Positions 17,472 to 24,000 of a stretch of 24,000 bases of DNA are shown here, piece after piece. Within the stretch, counting starts at the first letter, position 1, and each line of letters starts with the position of its first letter. Made by a program: the position numbers and the translations under genes. The notes beneath the pieces were generated by a model. The model was given only the letters and a program-made list of their open reading frames with translations. It made no database searches and was not told where the DNA came from. The DNA lies in contig JBAZXH010000001.1 of assembly GCA_041659945.1 (NCBI GenBank), positions 28,363-52,362 of the forward strand, given 5' to 3'. The stretch comes from Candidatus Pacearchaeota archaeon (GTDB taxonomy: Archaea > Nanobdellota > Nanobdellia > Pacearchaeales > GW2011-AR1).

Positions 17472-18110
17472 ATGGCTCAAAATACAAGAAAATTTAGAAT
17501 TTTGGCTGCTGGTGACATACATGGAGACCAAAATCTTACAAAAAGGCTTGCAGAAAGGGCAAAAAAAGAAGATGTAGACCTGGTTATACTTACTGGGGAT
17601 TTGACTTTTATTGAACAATCAACTGAAAATATTATAGGTCCATTTGCAAAGGTTAAAAAAAAGGTTTTGCTAATCCCGGGAAATCATGAAACTATAGCTA
17701 CAGCTGATTTTTTAAGTCAGGTTTACCCAGATGTTAAAAATATTCATGGATATGCCGTGAAAATTGGAAATATTGGCATATTTGGGGCAGGTGGAGCAAA
17801 TATCGGACCGTTTACAAGACTAAAAGAATCAGAACTCTATGATTTGCTTTCTCAGGGATTTCAAAAGGTTAAAGACAGTAAAGTAAAGATTATGGTTACG
17901 CATGTCCATCCGGCAAATAGTGTTATTGAAAAGTTTACTCAATTTTTTAAGGGCAGTGAGGGTGTGGAAAAGGCAATTAAAAGATTTAAGCCAGACATAG
18001 CTCTTTGTTCTCATGTTCATGAGGCTGCGGGAATTGAAGAAAAAATTGGAAATACTAAAGTTATTGATGTTGGAAGAGAAGGAAAGATAATTGAGATTGA
18101 TAGGAATTAG
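17472..18110 (+). CDS. Calcineurin-like metallophosphoesterase
   Basis: AAGDIHGDQ, VILTGDLTF, IPGNHE, MVTHVHP, CSHVHE metallophosphoesterase motifs. Confidence 0.92.
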   Translation: MAQNTRKFRILAAGDIHGDQNLTKRLAERAKKEDVDLVILTGDLTFIEQSTENIIGPFAKVKKKVLLIPGNHETIATADFLSQVYPDVKNIHGYAVKIGNIGIFGAGGANIGPFTRLKESELYDLLSQGFQKVKDSKVKIMVTHVHPANSVIEKFTQFFKGSEGVEKAIKRFKPDIALCSHVHEAAGIEEKIGNTKVIDVGREGKIIEIDRN

Positions 18111-18111
18111 A

Positions 18112-18444
18112 ATGGTAAAAGGAGAAAGACGACTTAAACAAATTGAAAGTTATGTTGAAGAGCAGTTAAGACTAAAGCTTCCATCGGGAGAGAATAGATA
18201 CTCAATAGTTACTAAGCCGGTGACATATCCAAATTCTGCAAGAGATCCGGATTATTACAGTTTTTGTTTAATTTCAAATGAAGGAGATCCTAGTCAAATG
18301 ATAGAGGTTATGCAACTTTCTCCAAGAATACTTAGGTTAAAGGCTGAGGAAGTTAAAACAACTATTGCGTTTTCTAGATTAAAATTAAGTTTACCACAAG
18401 CAATAGAAGATTTAAGATGGAGATCTAAAGCAATTTATAATTAA
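18112..18444 (+). CDS. Hypothetical protein, co-oriented with the metallophosphoesterase
   Basis: ORF from the ATG at 18112 (MVKGERRLKQIES...), immediately after the upstream stop; no family recognised. Confidence 0.7.
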   Translation: MVKGERRLKQIESYVEEQLRLKLPSGENRYSIVTKPVTYPNSARDPDYYSFCLISNEGDPSQMIEVMQLSPRILRLKAEEVKTTIAFSRLKLSLPQAIEDLRWRSKAIYN

Positions 18445-18447
18445 GAT

Positions 18448-18687
18448 TTAGTGTTGATTTACTACGGCATCAATTTCGTCATGAGTTAGAACTGATGAGC
18501 TGATTAATATTTTATGGGGATTGCTTCTATGATCCATTCTAACAGAACAAATTGGTTTGCCACAGGGTATTTGTGAGGTATCTTTTGTATTAGTTAGCTG
18601 GTCTAAGCTACCATAGATTCTTTTTCCTTCACGGTCTATATTTCTATCAGCAGGCAGGATATATTCATATGCTACTTCATTTAACAT
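18448..18687 (-). CDS. Hypothetical protein (79 aa)
   Basis: Intact ORF facing a candidate TATA element at correct spacing (18709-18722). Confidence 0.55.
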   Translation of the reverse strand: MLNEVAYEYILPADRNIDREGKRIYGSLDQLTNTKDTSQIPCGKPICSVRMDHRSNPHKILISSSVLTHDEIDAVVNQH

Positions 18688-18708
18688 TAAAAGAGTTAAA
18701 TTATGTTA

Positions 18709-18745
18709 TTTATAAATATTTATGTAAAAGCTAAATATTTATAAA
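18709..18745. promoter_or_regulatory. Symmetric divergent promoter element (14-bp perfect inverted repeat)
   Basis: TTTATAAATATTTA-tgtaaaagc-TAAATATTTATAAA; each arm lies about 29-30 nt from the flanking divergent start codons. Confidence 0.6.
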
Positions 18746-18766
18746 CCAACAAATAATATTTTTAAA

Positions 18767-19114
18767 ATGATTATGGAAAATTTAAGAAAGAATGGACTGG
18801 CTTACGCAGTGGTTACATTAGCTGTAGGAGTGGCAGCTTTTGGAGCTTATGAAAGAACTCGTGAGTCTAGACAACCAGAAATAAAAATACATGATGCAGT
18901 TATAACAAGAATTGAACCTTATAGTCATCGTAGTGAATTAGGCTTAGGCTCATCAAAAGGAAATGATGTTAGAGTTGAGGGCGAGACAAGGCCGATTAGA
19001 TTTGATTTAGAAAACTGGGATGGAACAGTAAGAGTTGGAGATCGTGTTGATTTAACTGCTAGACAAAAGTATGATGGCGGATTAGAGGGCCTTCAAATAA
19101 ATGATAATAAATAA
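18767..19114 (+). CDS. Small membrane-anchored protein with possible OB-like beta domain
   Basis: N-terminal hydrophobic segment LAYAVVTLAVGVAAFGAYERT followed by a beta-rich sequence. Confidence 0.65.
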   Translation: MIMENLRKNGLAYAVVTLAVGVAAFGAYERTRESRQPEIKIHDAVITRIEPYSHRSELGLGSSKGNDVRVEGETRPIRFDLENWDGTVRVGDRVDLTARQKYDGGLEGLQINDNK

Positions 19115-19140
19115 TTCTAACTGAATTTAATTAATTTAAT

Positions 19141-19563
19141 TTATATTCCAAAGCCAATTATTAAACTTAAGTAATCTAAGCTAAAATGGATTATTACTCC
19201 TAGGGAAATCCAAAATATCCACAGAAAGATTAATCTTGTTACATTTTTCTTTTGTTTGCTTTCTTGATGCTCTTTATTCTTTTTATGTTTTGATAACTTT
19301 CTTGAAAGAAGAAAGATACCGGAAGCTAGTACAAGGACTATTGCTGTAATAAAAACATAAATTGTGTGAAGAGGGTAAAATCCAAAACTACATTGCATTC
19401 CAATATGAGGACATGCGGACTCAAACCAACCAACTTTTCCAATAATTCTATAAAAAATATGATCTAAATCAATTAGATTTGCTAATATAAGCCCATAAAG
19501 CATTATCTTTTTTCTATAAAAATAGAAGATTACAAGAGGAATTATGTAGTGTAATGTAAACAT
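19141..19563 (-). CDS. Multi-pass membrane protein, DUF6122/YdjM-like
   Basis: LHYIIPLVIFYFYRKK...ANLIDLDHIFYRI...FGFYPLHTIY...HFSLDYL: conserved His/Asp motifs in transmembrane context. Confidence 0.65.
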   Translation of the reverse strand: MFTLHYIIPLVIFYFYRKKIMLYGLILANLIDLDHIFYRIIGKVGWFESACPHIGMQCSFGFYPLHTIYVFITAIVLVLASGIFLLSRKLSKHKKNKEHQESKQKKNVTRLIFLWIFWISLGVIIHFSLDYLSLIIGFGI

Positions 19564-19610
19564 TTTATCTGTTAGGATAAAATAAAAGATGTATAAAAAG
19601 GTTGTTATAC

Positions 19611-19649
19611 AGATTTAGGATAATTGAGTTACTTTTTGTTCCTAAATCT
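19611..19649. repeat. Perfect inverted repeat A (10-bp arms, 19-nt spacer)
   Basis: AGATTTAGGA-taattgagttactttttgt-TCCTAAATCT. Confidence 0.8.
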
Positions 19650-19655
19650 CTAATA

Positions 19656-19696
19656 AGACAATTAGGAAAAGGACAGTATAATCAACCTAATTGTCT
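19656..19696. repeat. Perfect inverted repeat B (11-bp arms, 19-nt spacer)
   Basis: AGACAATTAGG-aaaaggacagtataatcaa-CCTAATTGTCT. Confidence 0.82.
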
Positions 19697-19724
19697 ATAA
19701 TGAGAAAACCTCAGTCTACCTAAA

Positions 19725-19734
19725 CTTTATAAAC
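19725..19734 (+). promoter_or_regulatory. Candidate TATA box for topoisomerase gene
   Basis: CTTTATAAAC-type element upstream of the ATG at 19794. Confidence 0.4.
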
Positions 19735-19793
19735 ATTTATTTATAGGAGATTACACTTATTCTATAATCAATAAATAGAATGAGACTGAAATC

Positions 19794-22121
19794 ATGGCAA
19801 AACTAAGCAAAAAGGCAGAGAAAATAAAGAATTACGAAGTAAATCAAATAAAAGAGAATTTTGTGCCTATTGATGAAAAAGATTTAGCTCATGCTGTGGA
19901 TGTGCCTGTAAAAGAAAAGAAGACCGAGGAGATAGAATTCAAATCTCCAAAGGCTAGGGCAATTAAAGAAAAAAGAGGAAAAAGAACAACTAAAAAGAAA
20001 GTCATAAAAAAGAGTGCAAACTGGGCTGAAGAATTTAAAGTTCCAGGTCCTGAAAAATTAAATCCAAAGGGAAGTATACTTATAATAACTGAAAAACCTC
20101 AGGCTGCAAATAAAATTGCTGATGCTCTTTCTCGGGGAAAATCTGTTAAAAAAAATCTTGAGGGTGTTTCTTACTATGAGTTTGAAAGAGATGGTAAACC
20201 AATAAATGTTGTTTGTGCAGTTGGTCATTTGTTTACTCTTGCGCAAGTGAAACCTAGAAATGTTTGGCCAACATTTGATATAAAATGGGCACCTAATTAT
20301 CTTGTTAGGAAAAATGATTTTACAAAGAAATACTATGATGTTATTGCAAGAATTGTGAAAAAGGCTTCAAGTATTATTGTTGCTACAGATTATGATATAG
20401 AAGGAGAGGTAATTGGTATGAACATTGTTAGGTATATTTGTAATCAAAAGGATGCTGAAAGAATGAAGTTTTCAACTCTTACTGCAAATGAAATTAGTGA
20501 GTCATATGAAAAACGTTCTAAAAGTTTGGATTGGAAACAGGGAATTGCCGGAGAAACAAGGCATTATTTAGACTGGATTTATGGGATTAATTTATCAAGA
20601 GCTCTGATGGATGCTGTGAAAAGTGCTGGCTCATTTAGACTAATGTCCATTGGGAGAGTTCAAGGACCTGCATTAAACATTATTGTGAAAAAAGAACATG
20701 AGATAATGAATTTTAAATCAGAGAAATATTGGGATGTTTCGCTTGATATTGATGATGGTAAAAACCTGTTGGAAGTAAAGTATACTAAAGGTATAACTAA
20801 GGAAAAAGACTTAGAAAAATTCAAGCATCTTGAGAAAAAAGAAGGAGAGGTTAAAACAGAAAAATCTCAGCAAAGAATTAATCCTCCAGTTCCTTTTGAT
20901 CTTACAACCTTGCAGATAGAGGCATATAAATTCTTTAAAATAACTCCGTCAAAGACCTTAGAAATAGCTCAGAGTTTATATCTTTCTGGAATAATCTCCT
21001 ATCCAAGAACAAGTAGTCAAAAGATACCTAAGGAGATTGGCTATGATGTAATATTGGATAGGCTCTCAAAAAGATTTAATTTTGTAAAATTTGCAGAGAA
21101 AACAGTTCCCATTGAGGGTAAAAAAACCGATCCTGCACACCCTTCAATATATCCAACTGGAGAGTTTCATAGTTTGGAAGGGGAAGAGGAAAGAATATAT
21201 GACTTAATTGTAAGAAGATTTGTTTCTTGTTTTTGCAATGAAGCAATACTTGACAATAAAAAAATAGAATTTGTTATTGATGGTATGAAATTTAACACTA
21301 AAGGTATGGCCATTGCTGATGCTGGATGGATGGAAGTTTATCGTTCAGAGGCAAAGGAAAGAGAATTGCCAGATATGAATGGAAAAGCTACTGTTAAAAA
21401 AGTAAAAATTGAAGAAAAAATGACTCAACCACCGCATAGATATACTCCTGCATCAATAGTTTCTGAACTTGAGAAAAAAAATCTTGGTACAAAGGCTACA
21501 AGAGCAAACATTCTGGAGACTCTTTATGATAGAAGTTATATAAAAGAAAAAAGTATTCAGGCAACAAGCTTGGGAATTTCTTTGATAGATACTCTAAATC
21601 AAAATTGTCCGATAATTGTTGATGAAAAGCTAACAAGAGACATAGAAAAACATCTTGATGCAATAAGAGAATCAAAAAATCCTTTGGATAGTGAAAAAAA
21701 AGTTCTTGATGAAACAAAAAAAGTATTATATAGGATTGGTGAAGATTTTGAAAAAAATAAGCTGAAGATAGGACAAAGCCTTATTGAGGCAACTACAAAG
21801 CTTTGGGAAGAGGAAAAAAAGCAAGGTCAAATTGGAGTATGTCCTGTTTGTAAAAAGGGAAATTTAACAATAAAATATGGTAAGAAGTTTAGTAGATATT
21901 TTGTAGCTTGTGATGCTTATCCAGATTGTAAAACCACCTATAGTTTACCGCCAAATGCCCTAATTAAGAAAACTGATAAAGTTTGTGCAGAATGTGGATT
22001 TCCTATGTTAATGTCTTTGAAAAAAGGAAAAAGACCCTGGATTTTTTGTTTTAATCCTAATTGTGCTAGTAGAAAAGAGAAAATAGTTAAAGAAGTTGAA
22101 TTGAATGATGAGACAAATTAA
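19794..22121 (+). CDS. topA: DNA topoisomerase I (type IA) with lysine-rich N-terminal extension and C-terminal zinc fingers
   Basis: Toprim ILIITEKPQAANKIADAL, ATDYDIEGEVIG; MSIGRVQGPAL; active-site region GIISYPRTSSQKIP; C-terminal CPVCKKGNL...CDAYPDCKTTYSLP and CAECGFPML...CFNPNC. Confidence 0.95.
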   Translation: MAKLSKKAEKIKNYEVNQIKENFVPIDEKDLAHAVDVPVKEKKTEEIEFKSPKARAIKEKRGKRTTKKKVIKKSANWAEEFKVPGPEKLNPKGSILIITEKPQAANKIADALSRGKSVKKNLEGVSYYEFERDGKPINVVCAVGHLFTLAQVKPRNVWPTFDIKWAPNYLVRKNDFTKKYYDVIARIVKKASSIIVATDYDIEGEVIGMNIVRYICNQKDAERMKFSTLTANEISESYEKRSKSLDWKQGIAGETRHYLDWIYGINLSRALMDAVKSAGSFRLMSIGRVQGPALNIIVKKEHEIMNFKSEKYWDVSLDIDDGKNLLEVKYTKGITKEKDLEKFKHLEKKEGEVKTEKSQQRINPPVPFDLTTLQIEAYKFFKITPSKTLEIAQSLYLSGIISYPRTSSQKIPKEIGYDVILDRLSKRFNFVKFAEKTVPIEGKKTDPAHPSIYPTGEFHSLEGEEERIYDLIVRRFVSCFCNEAILDNKKIEFVIDGMKFNTKGMAIADAGWMEVYRSEAKERELPDMNGKATVKKVKIEEKMTQPPHRYTPASIVSELEKKNLGTKATRANILETLYDRSYIKEKSIQATSLGISLIDTLNQNCPIIVDEKLTRDIEKHLDAIRESKNPLDSEKKVLDETKKVLYRIGEDFEKNKLKIGQSLIEATTKLWEEEKKQGQIGVCPVCKKGNLTIKYGKKFSRYFVACDAYPDCKTTYSLPPNALIKKTDKVCAECGFPMLMSLKKGKRPWIFCFNPNCASRKEKIVKEVELNDETN

Positions 22122-23776
22122 AACTTTTTATCAAATAATCTTTGTCCGCCCTGAGGGCCTACAAATTTAGTACTTGGTGGGCTTCCAGGAGAACCAGGAG
22201 GTCGAGGTATTGAAGAAGGTAATCTTCTTGGCGTTTTTGAACCACCTTTTTTCATAAGAATAAATGCAATTACTCCTATAACCGCAATTATTAAAATAAC
22301 TATAACTACAATAATTATAATCATTGTGCTACTTGATCCACAACTATCCTTGCAAGAACCATCATCACATAAAATCTGGCCTGAAGGGCAAACATCAGTA
22401 TCACAACTTGATTTACAAACACCATCACATAAAACTAATCCTTCATCACACTGAGCTTCTTGGTAATCACATTTTCCAGGAACTTTCATTGGTTCGGCCC
22501 ATTGACCGTTTATACATAAAATAATTTCCTGATCGTCTGTGCATCCGGGTTCAGCACCTTCATTACATTCGCCAGTATAATTTTGGTAGATAATTACATG
22601 TCCAGTGTTATTCTTTAGAACACAAATTCCACTGGAGCAAGCATAGTTTGTTGGACATAAATAAACTGAAGCATTTGGGTGATTGTTTATATCACAGTTA
22701 AACTCAAGCAAAATTTCTTCTCCCTCAACAGAACAAGAGTCATAATAATAACTATAATTTCCTACTACTGTGTTGTTGATTAAAGCAGTAAAGTTAACAA
22801 AGCCAGCTGAACTATAGTTTAAACCTCCAACCTTATTACAAAAATATGTTACATTACCTATGCAAGCTTTTTCACTACAACCATTTGGACATGTAAAACT
22901 ATTATGATTTACACTTGTTCCGTTACAATAATATTCAAGAAGTGCATTTGAATCTTCACAGGCATCTTCATAGAGAATTGGAACTCCATTAAAAGTAGTA
23001 TTTACTTTAGCTTGAATAAAGTATTGAACTGAAAGATTGTAATCTCCATCTGTATCTATGCAAAACGGATCAACAATAGTATTTGGAACAAAAGAATCTG
23101 CAAGTATTTCTTCAGCGGTTAGAGAGGTATTGTAGATCTTTATTTCATCTAGTGTACCGTTAAAGTATTGAAAGCTTTTAGAAAAATTTACCTGATCAAT
23201 GAAAGCACCGATTGTTAAATTTCCGGTAGGAGTTGTAAATAACACTGGAGTGCTTGTACCGATTAGAGTTTTATTTCTATATACTTTTGCAACACTACCA
23301 TTATAACTAACTGCAACATATTGCCAAGATTTTAAAGGAAAATCTGAGGTGTCAGTTACTTGAACATTGACTCCAGCACCATTTCCTATTGTGAACATTA
23401 GTTTGCTGTTGAAGATATTTAGGTAACCCCCATTGCCTCCAGTACCAGTACCATGGTTAATTAACATCATATTTCCATCTGCTGCTTTGTATACCCATGC
23501 TGACCAGGTGAATTTATTTAATGTAAGAGAATAATTTATTTTTGATTGGTTTATTGAAAGGTAACCATTAAATCCATCAAAGTAATCTGCTTTTCCTATT
23601 TTTCCTTGATCTATTGATGAAACTCCTCCATGGGAAGAGATTCCGTTTGCTAGAGAGTCACTAAAAGGAATATAAAAAAGCCTAGAACTTTCTTGAACAG
23701 CAAAAACAGTCAATGAACTTATAACTATTGCTAATAAAATTAAAGGTAAAACAACCAAAATCCTCTTTTTATCCAT
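22118..23776 (-). CDS. Cell-surface LamG/concanavalin-like domain protein with Cys-rich modules and C-terminal TM + Pro-rich cytoplasmic tail
   Basis: N-terminal signal/TM; LamG-like FYIPFSDSLANGIS...GYLSINQS...FTWSAWVYK...WQYVAVSYNGSVAKVYRNKTLIG...FNGTLDEIKIYNTSLTAEEI; Cys-rich repeats; TM TMIIIIVVIVILIIAVIGVIAFILM followed by KKGGSKTPRRLPSSIPRPPGSPGSPP. Confidence 0.88.
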   Translation of the reverse strand: MDKKRILVVLPLILLAIVISSLTVFAVQESSRLFYIPFSDSLANGISSHGGVSSIDQGKIGKADYFDGFNGYLSINQSKINYSLTLNKFTWSAWVYKAADGNMMLINHGTGTGGNGGYLNIFNSKLMFTIGNGAGVNVQVTDTSDFPLKSWQYVAVSYNGSVAKVYRNKTLIGTSTPVLFTTPTGNLTIGAFIDQVNFSKSFQYFNGTLDEIKIYNTSLTAEEILADSFVPNTIVDPFCIDTDGDYNLSVQYFIQAKVNTTFNGVPILYEDACEDSNALLEYYCNGTSVNHNSFTCPNGCSEKACIGNVTYFCNKVGGLNYSSAGFVNFTALINNTVVGNYSYYYDSCSVEGEEILLEFNCDINNHPNASVYLCPTNYACSSGICVLKNNTGHVIIYQNYTGECNEGAEPGCTDDQEIILCINGQWAEPMKVPGKCDYQEAQCDEGLVLCDGVCKSSCDTDVCPSGQILCDDGSCKDSCGSSSTMIIIIVVIVILIIAVIGVIAFILMKKGGSKTPRRLPSSIPRPPGSPGSPPSTKFVGPQGGQRLFDKKF

Positions 23777-23875
23777 ACATAACTTAATTTTTTTGGCTTA
23801 ATAAACTTTATTGTTAATCAGATCATATAACGAGAGACTAAAATATTTCCATATTTTGCTTTTTGTTCTTTCGAA

Positions 23876-23920
23876 TATAGCAATTGACAAACTGAGGAAT
23901 TACTAAAGTCAATTGCTATA
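23876..23920. repeat. Perfect inverted repeat C (13-bp arms, 19-nt spacer)
   Basis: TATAGCAATTGAC-aaactgaggaattactaaa-GTCAATTGCTATA. Confidence 0.85.
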
Positions 23921-23925
23921 CATTG

Positions 23926-24000
23926 TTAAATCCAGCCTTTCTTTTTTATACCTTCATTTGAAATAATAAATGAAAGAGTTTTTTCTGGCAGACTTCGGTG
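23926..24000 (-). CDS. Possible C-terminal end of a gene continuing beyond the window
   Basis: Reverse strand frame HRSLPEKTLSFIISNEGIKKKGWI-stop is open to the window edge; only 24 codons visible. Confidence 0.3.
   Translation of the reverse strand, partial: HRSLPEKTLSFIISNEGIKKKGWI

Noticed and set aside
17331-17618. 95-aa minus-strand ORF overlapping the phosphoesterase start and the intergenic stem-loop
   Set aside because: Part antisense to the confident phosphoesterase; composition looks non-coding.
17829-18020. 63-aa minus-strand ORF
   Set aside because: Antisense to the metallophosphoesterase.
20058-21717. Minus-strand ORFs at 20058-20246 and 21496-21717
   Set aside because: Antisense to topA.
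22118-22121. 4-nt overlap of convergent stop codons (TTAA) between topA and the LamG gene
   Set aside because: Simple compact convergent arrangement sharing the TTAA palindrome; common and not evidence of a regulatory system.
22324-22524. 66-aa plus-strand ORF antisense to the LamG protein
   Set aside because: Shadow ORF of the TM/Cys-rich C-terminal coding region.
1-24000. CRISPR array or classical mobile element/defence island
   Set aside because: No regularly spaced direct repeats, transposase, integrase, Cas, toxin-antitoxin or restriction genes recognised in any listed ORF.

Overview
AT-rich archaeal chromosomal window. Gene content and style suggest a DPANN-like lineage (Woesearchaeota/Pacearchaeota-type), but that placement is inference. 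The left part is a minus-strand exosome/proteasome superoperon: partial rpoK, rrp42, rrp41, an unknown 83-aa ORF, rrp4, an unknown 108-aa ORF, sdo1 (SBDS), psmA, then an unknown 76-aa ORF and an RNase P Pop5-like subunit. To its right, mostly on the plus strand, are small lineage-specific proteins, an RNase J-type MBL nuclease, a membrane-anchored helical-domain protein, a HemK-like methyltransferase, mre11, rad50, TFS and an unknown 222-aa protein. A minus-strand segment then carries tRNA-Lys(CTT), a secreted protein with a peptidoglycan-binding-like domain and a transglycosylase-like C-terminus, a class-III-signal (pilin-like) membrane protein and a winged-helix protein. A metallophosphoesterase, small unknown proteins, a DUF6122-like membrane protein, type IA topoisomerase and a LamG surface protein follow. 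The most interesting items are: the archaeal secreted PGBD + lysozyme-like protein and its pilin-like neighbour; several perfect inverted repeats in non-coding DNA, three of which have the same 19-nt spacer; a possible leader mini-ORF overlapping the GTG start of mre11; and unknown small ORFs embedded in the exosome operon. I found no CRISPR array, transposon or classical defence system.
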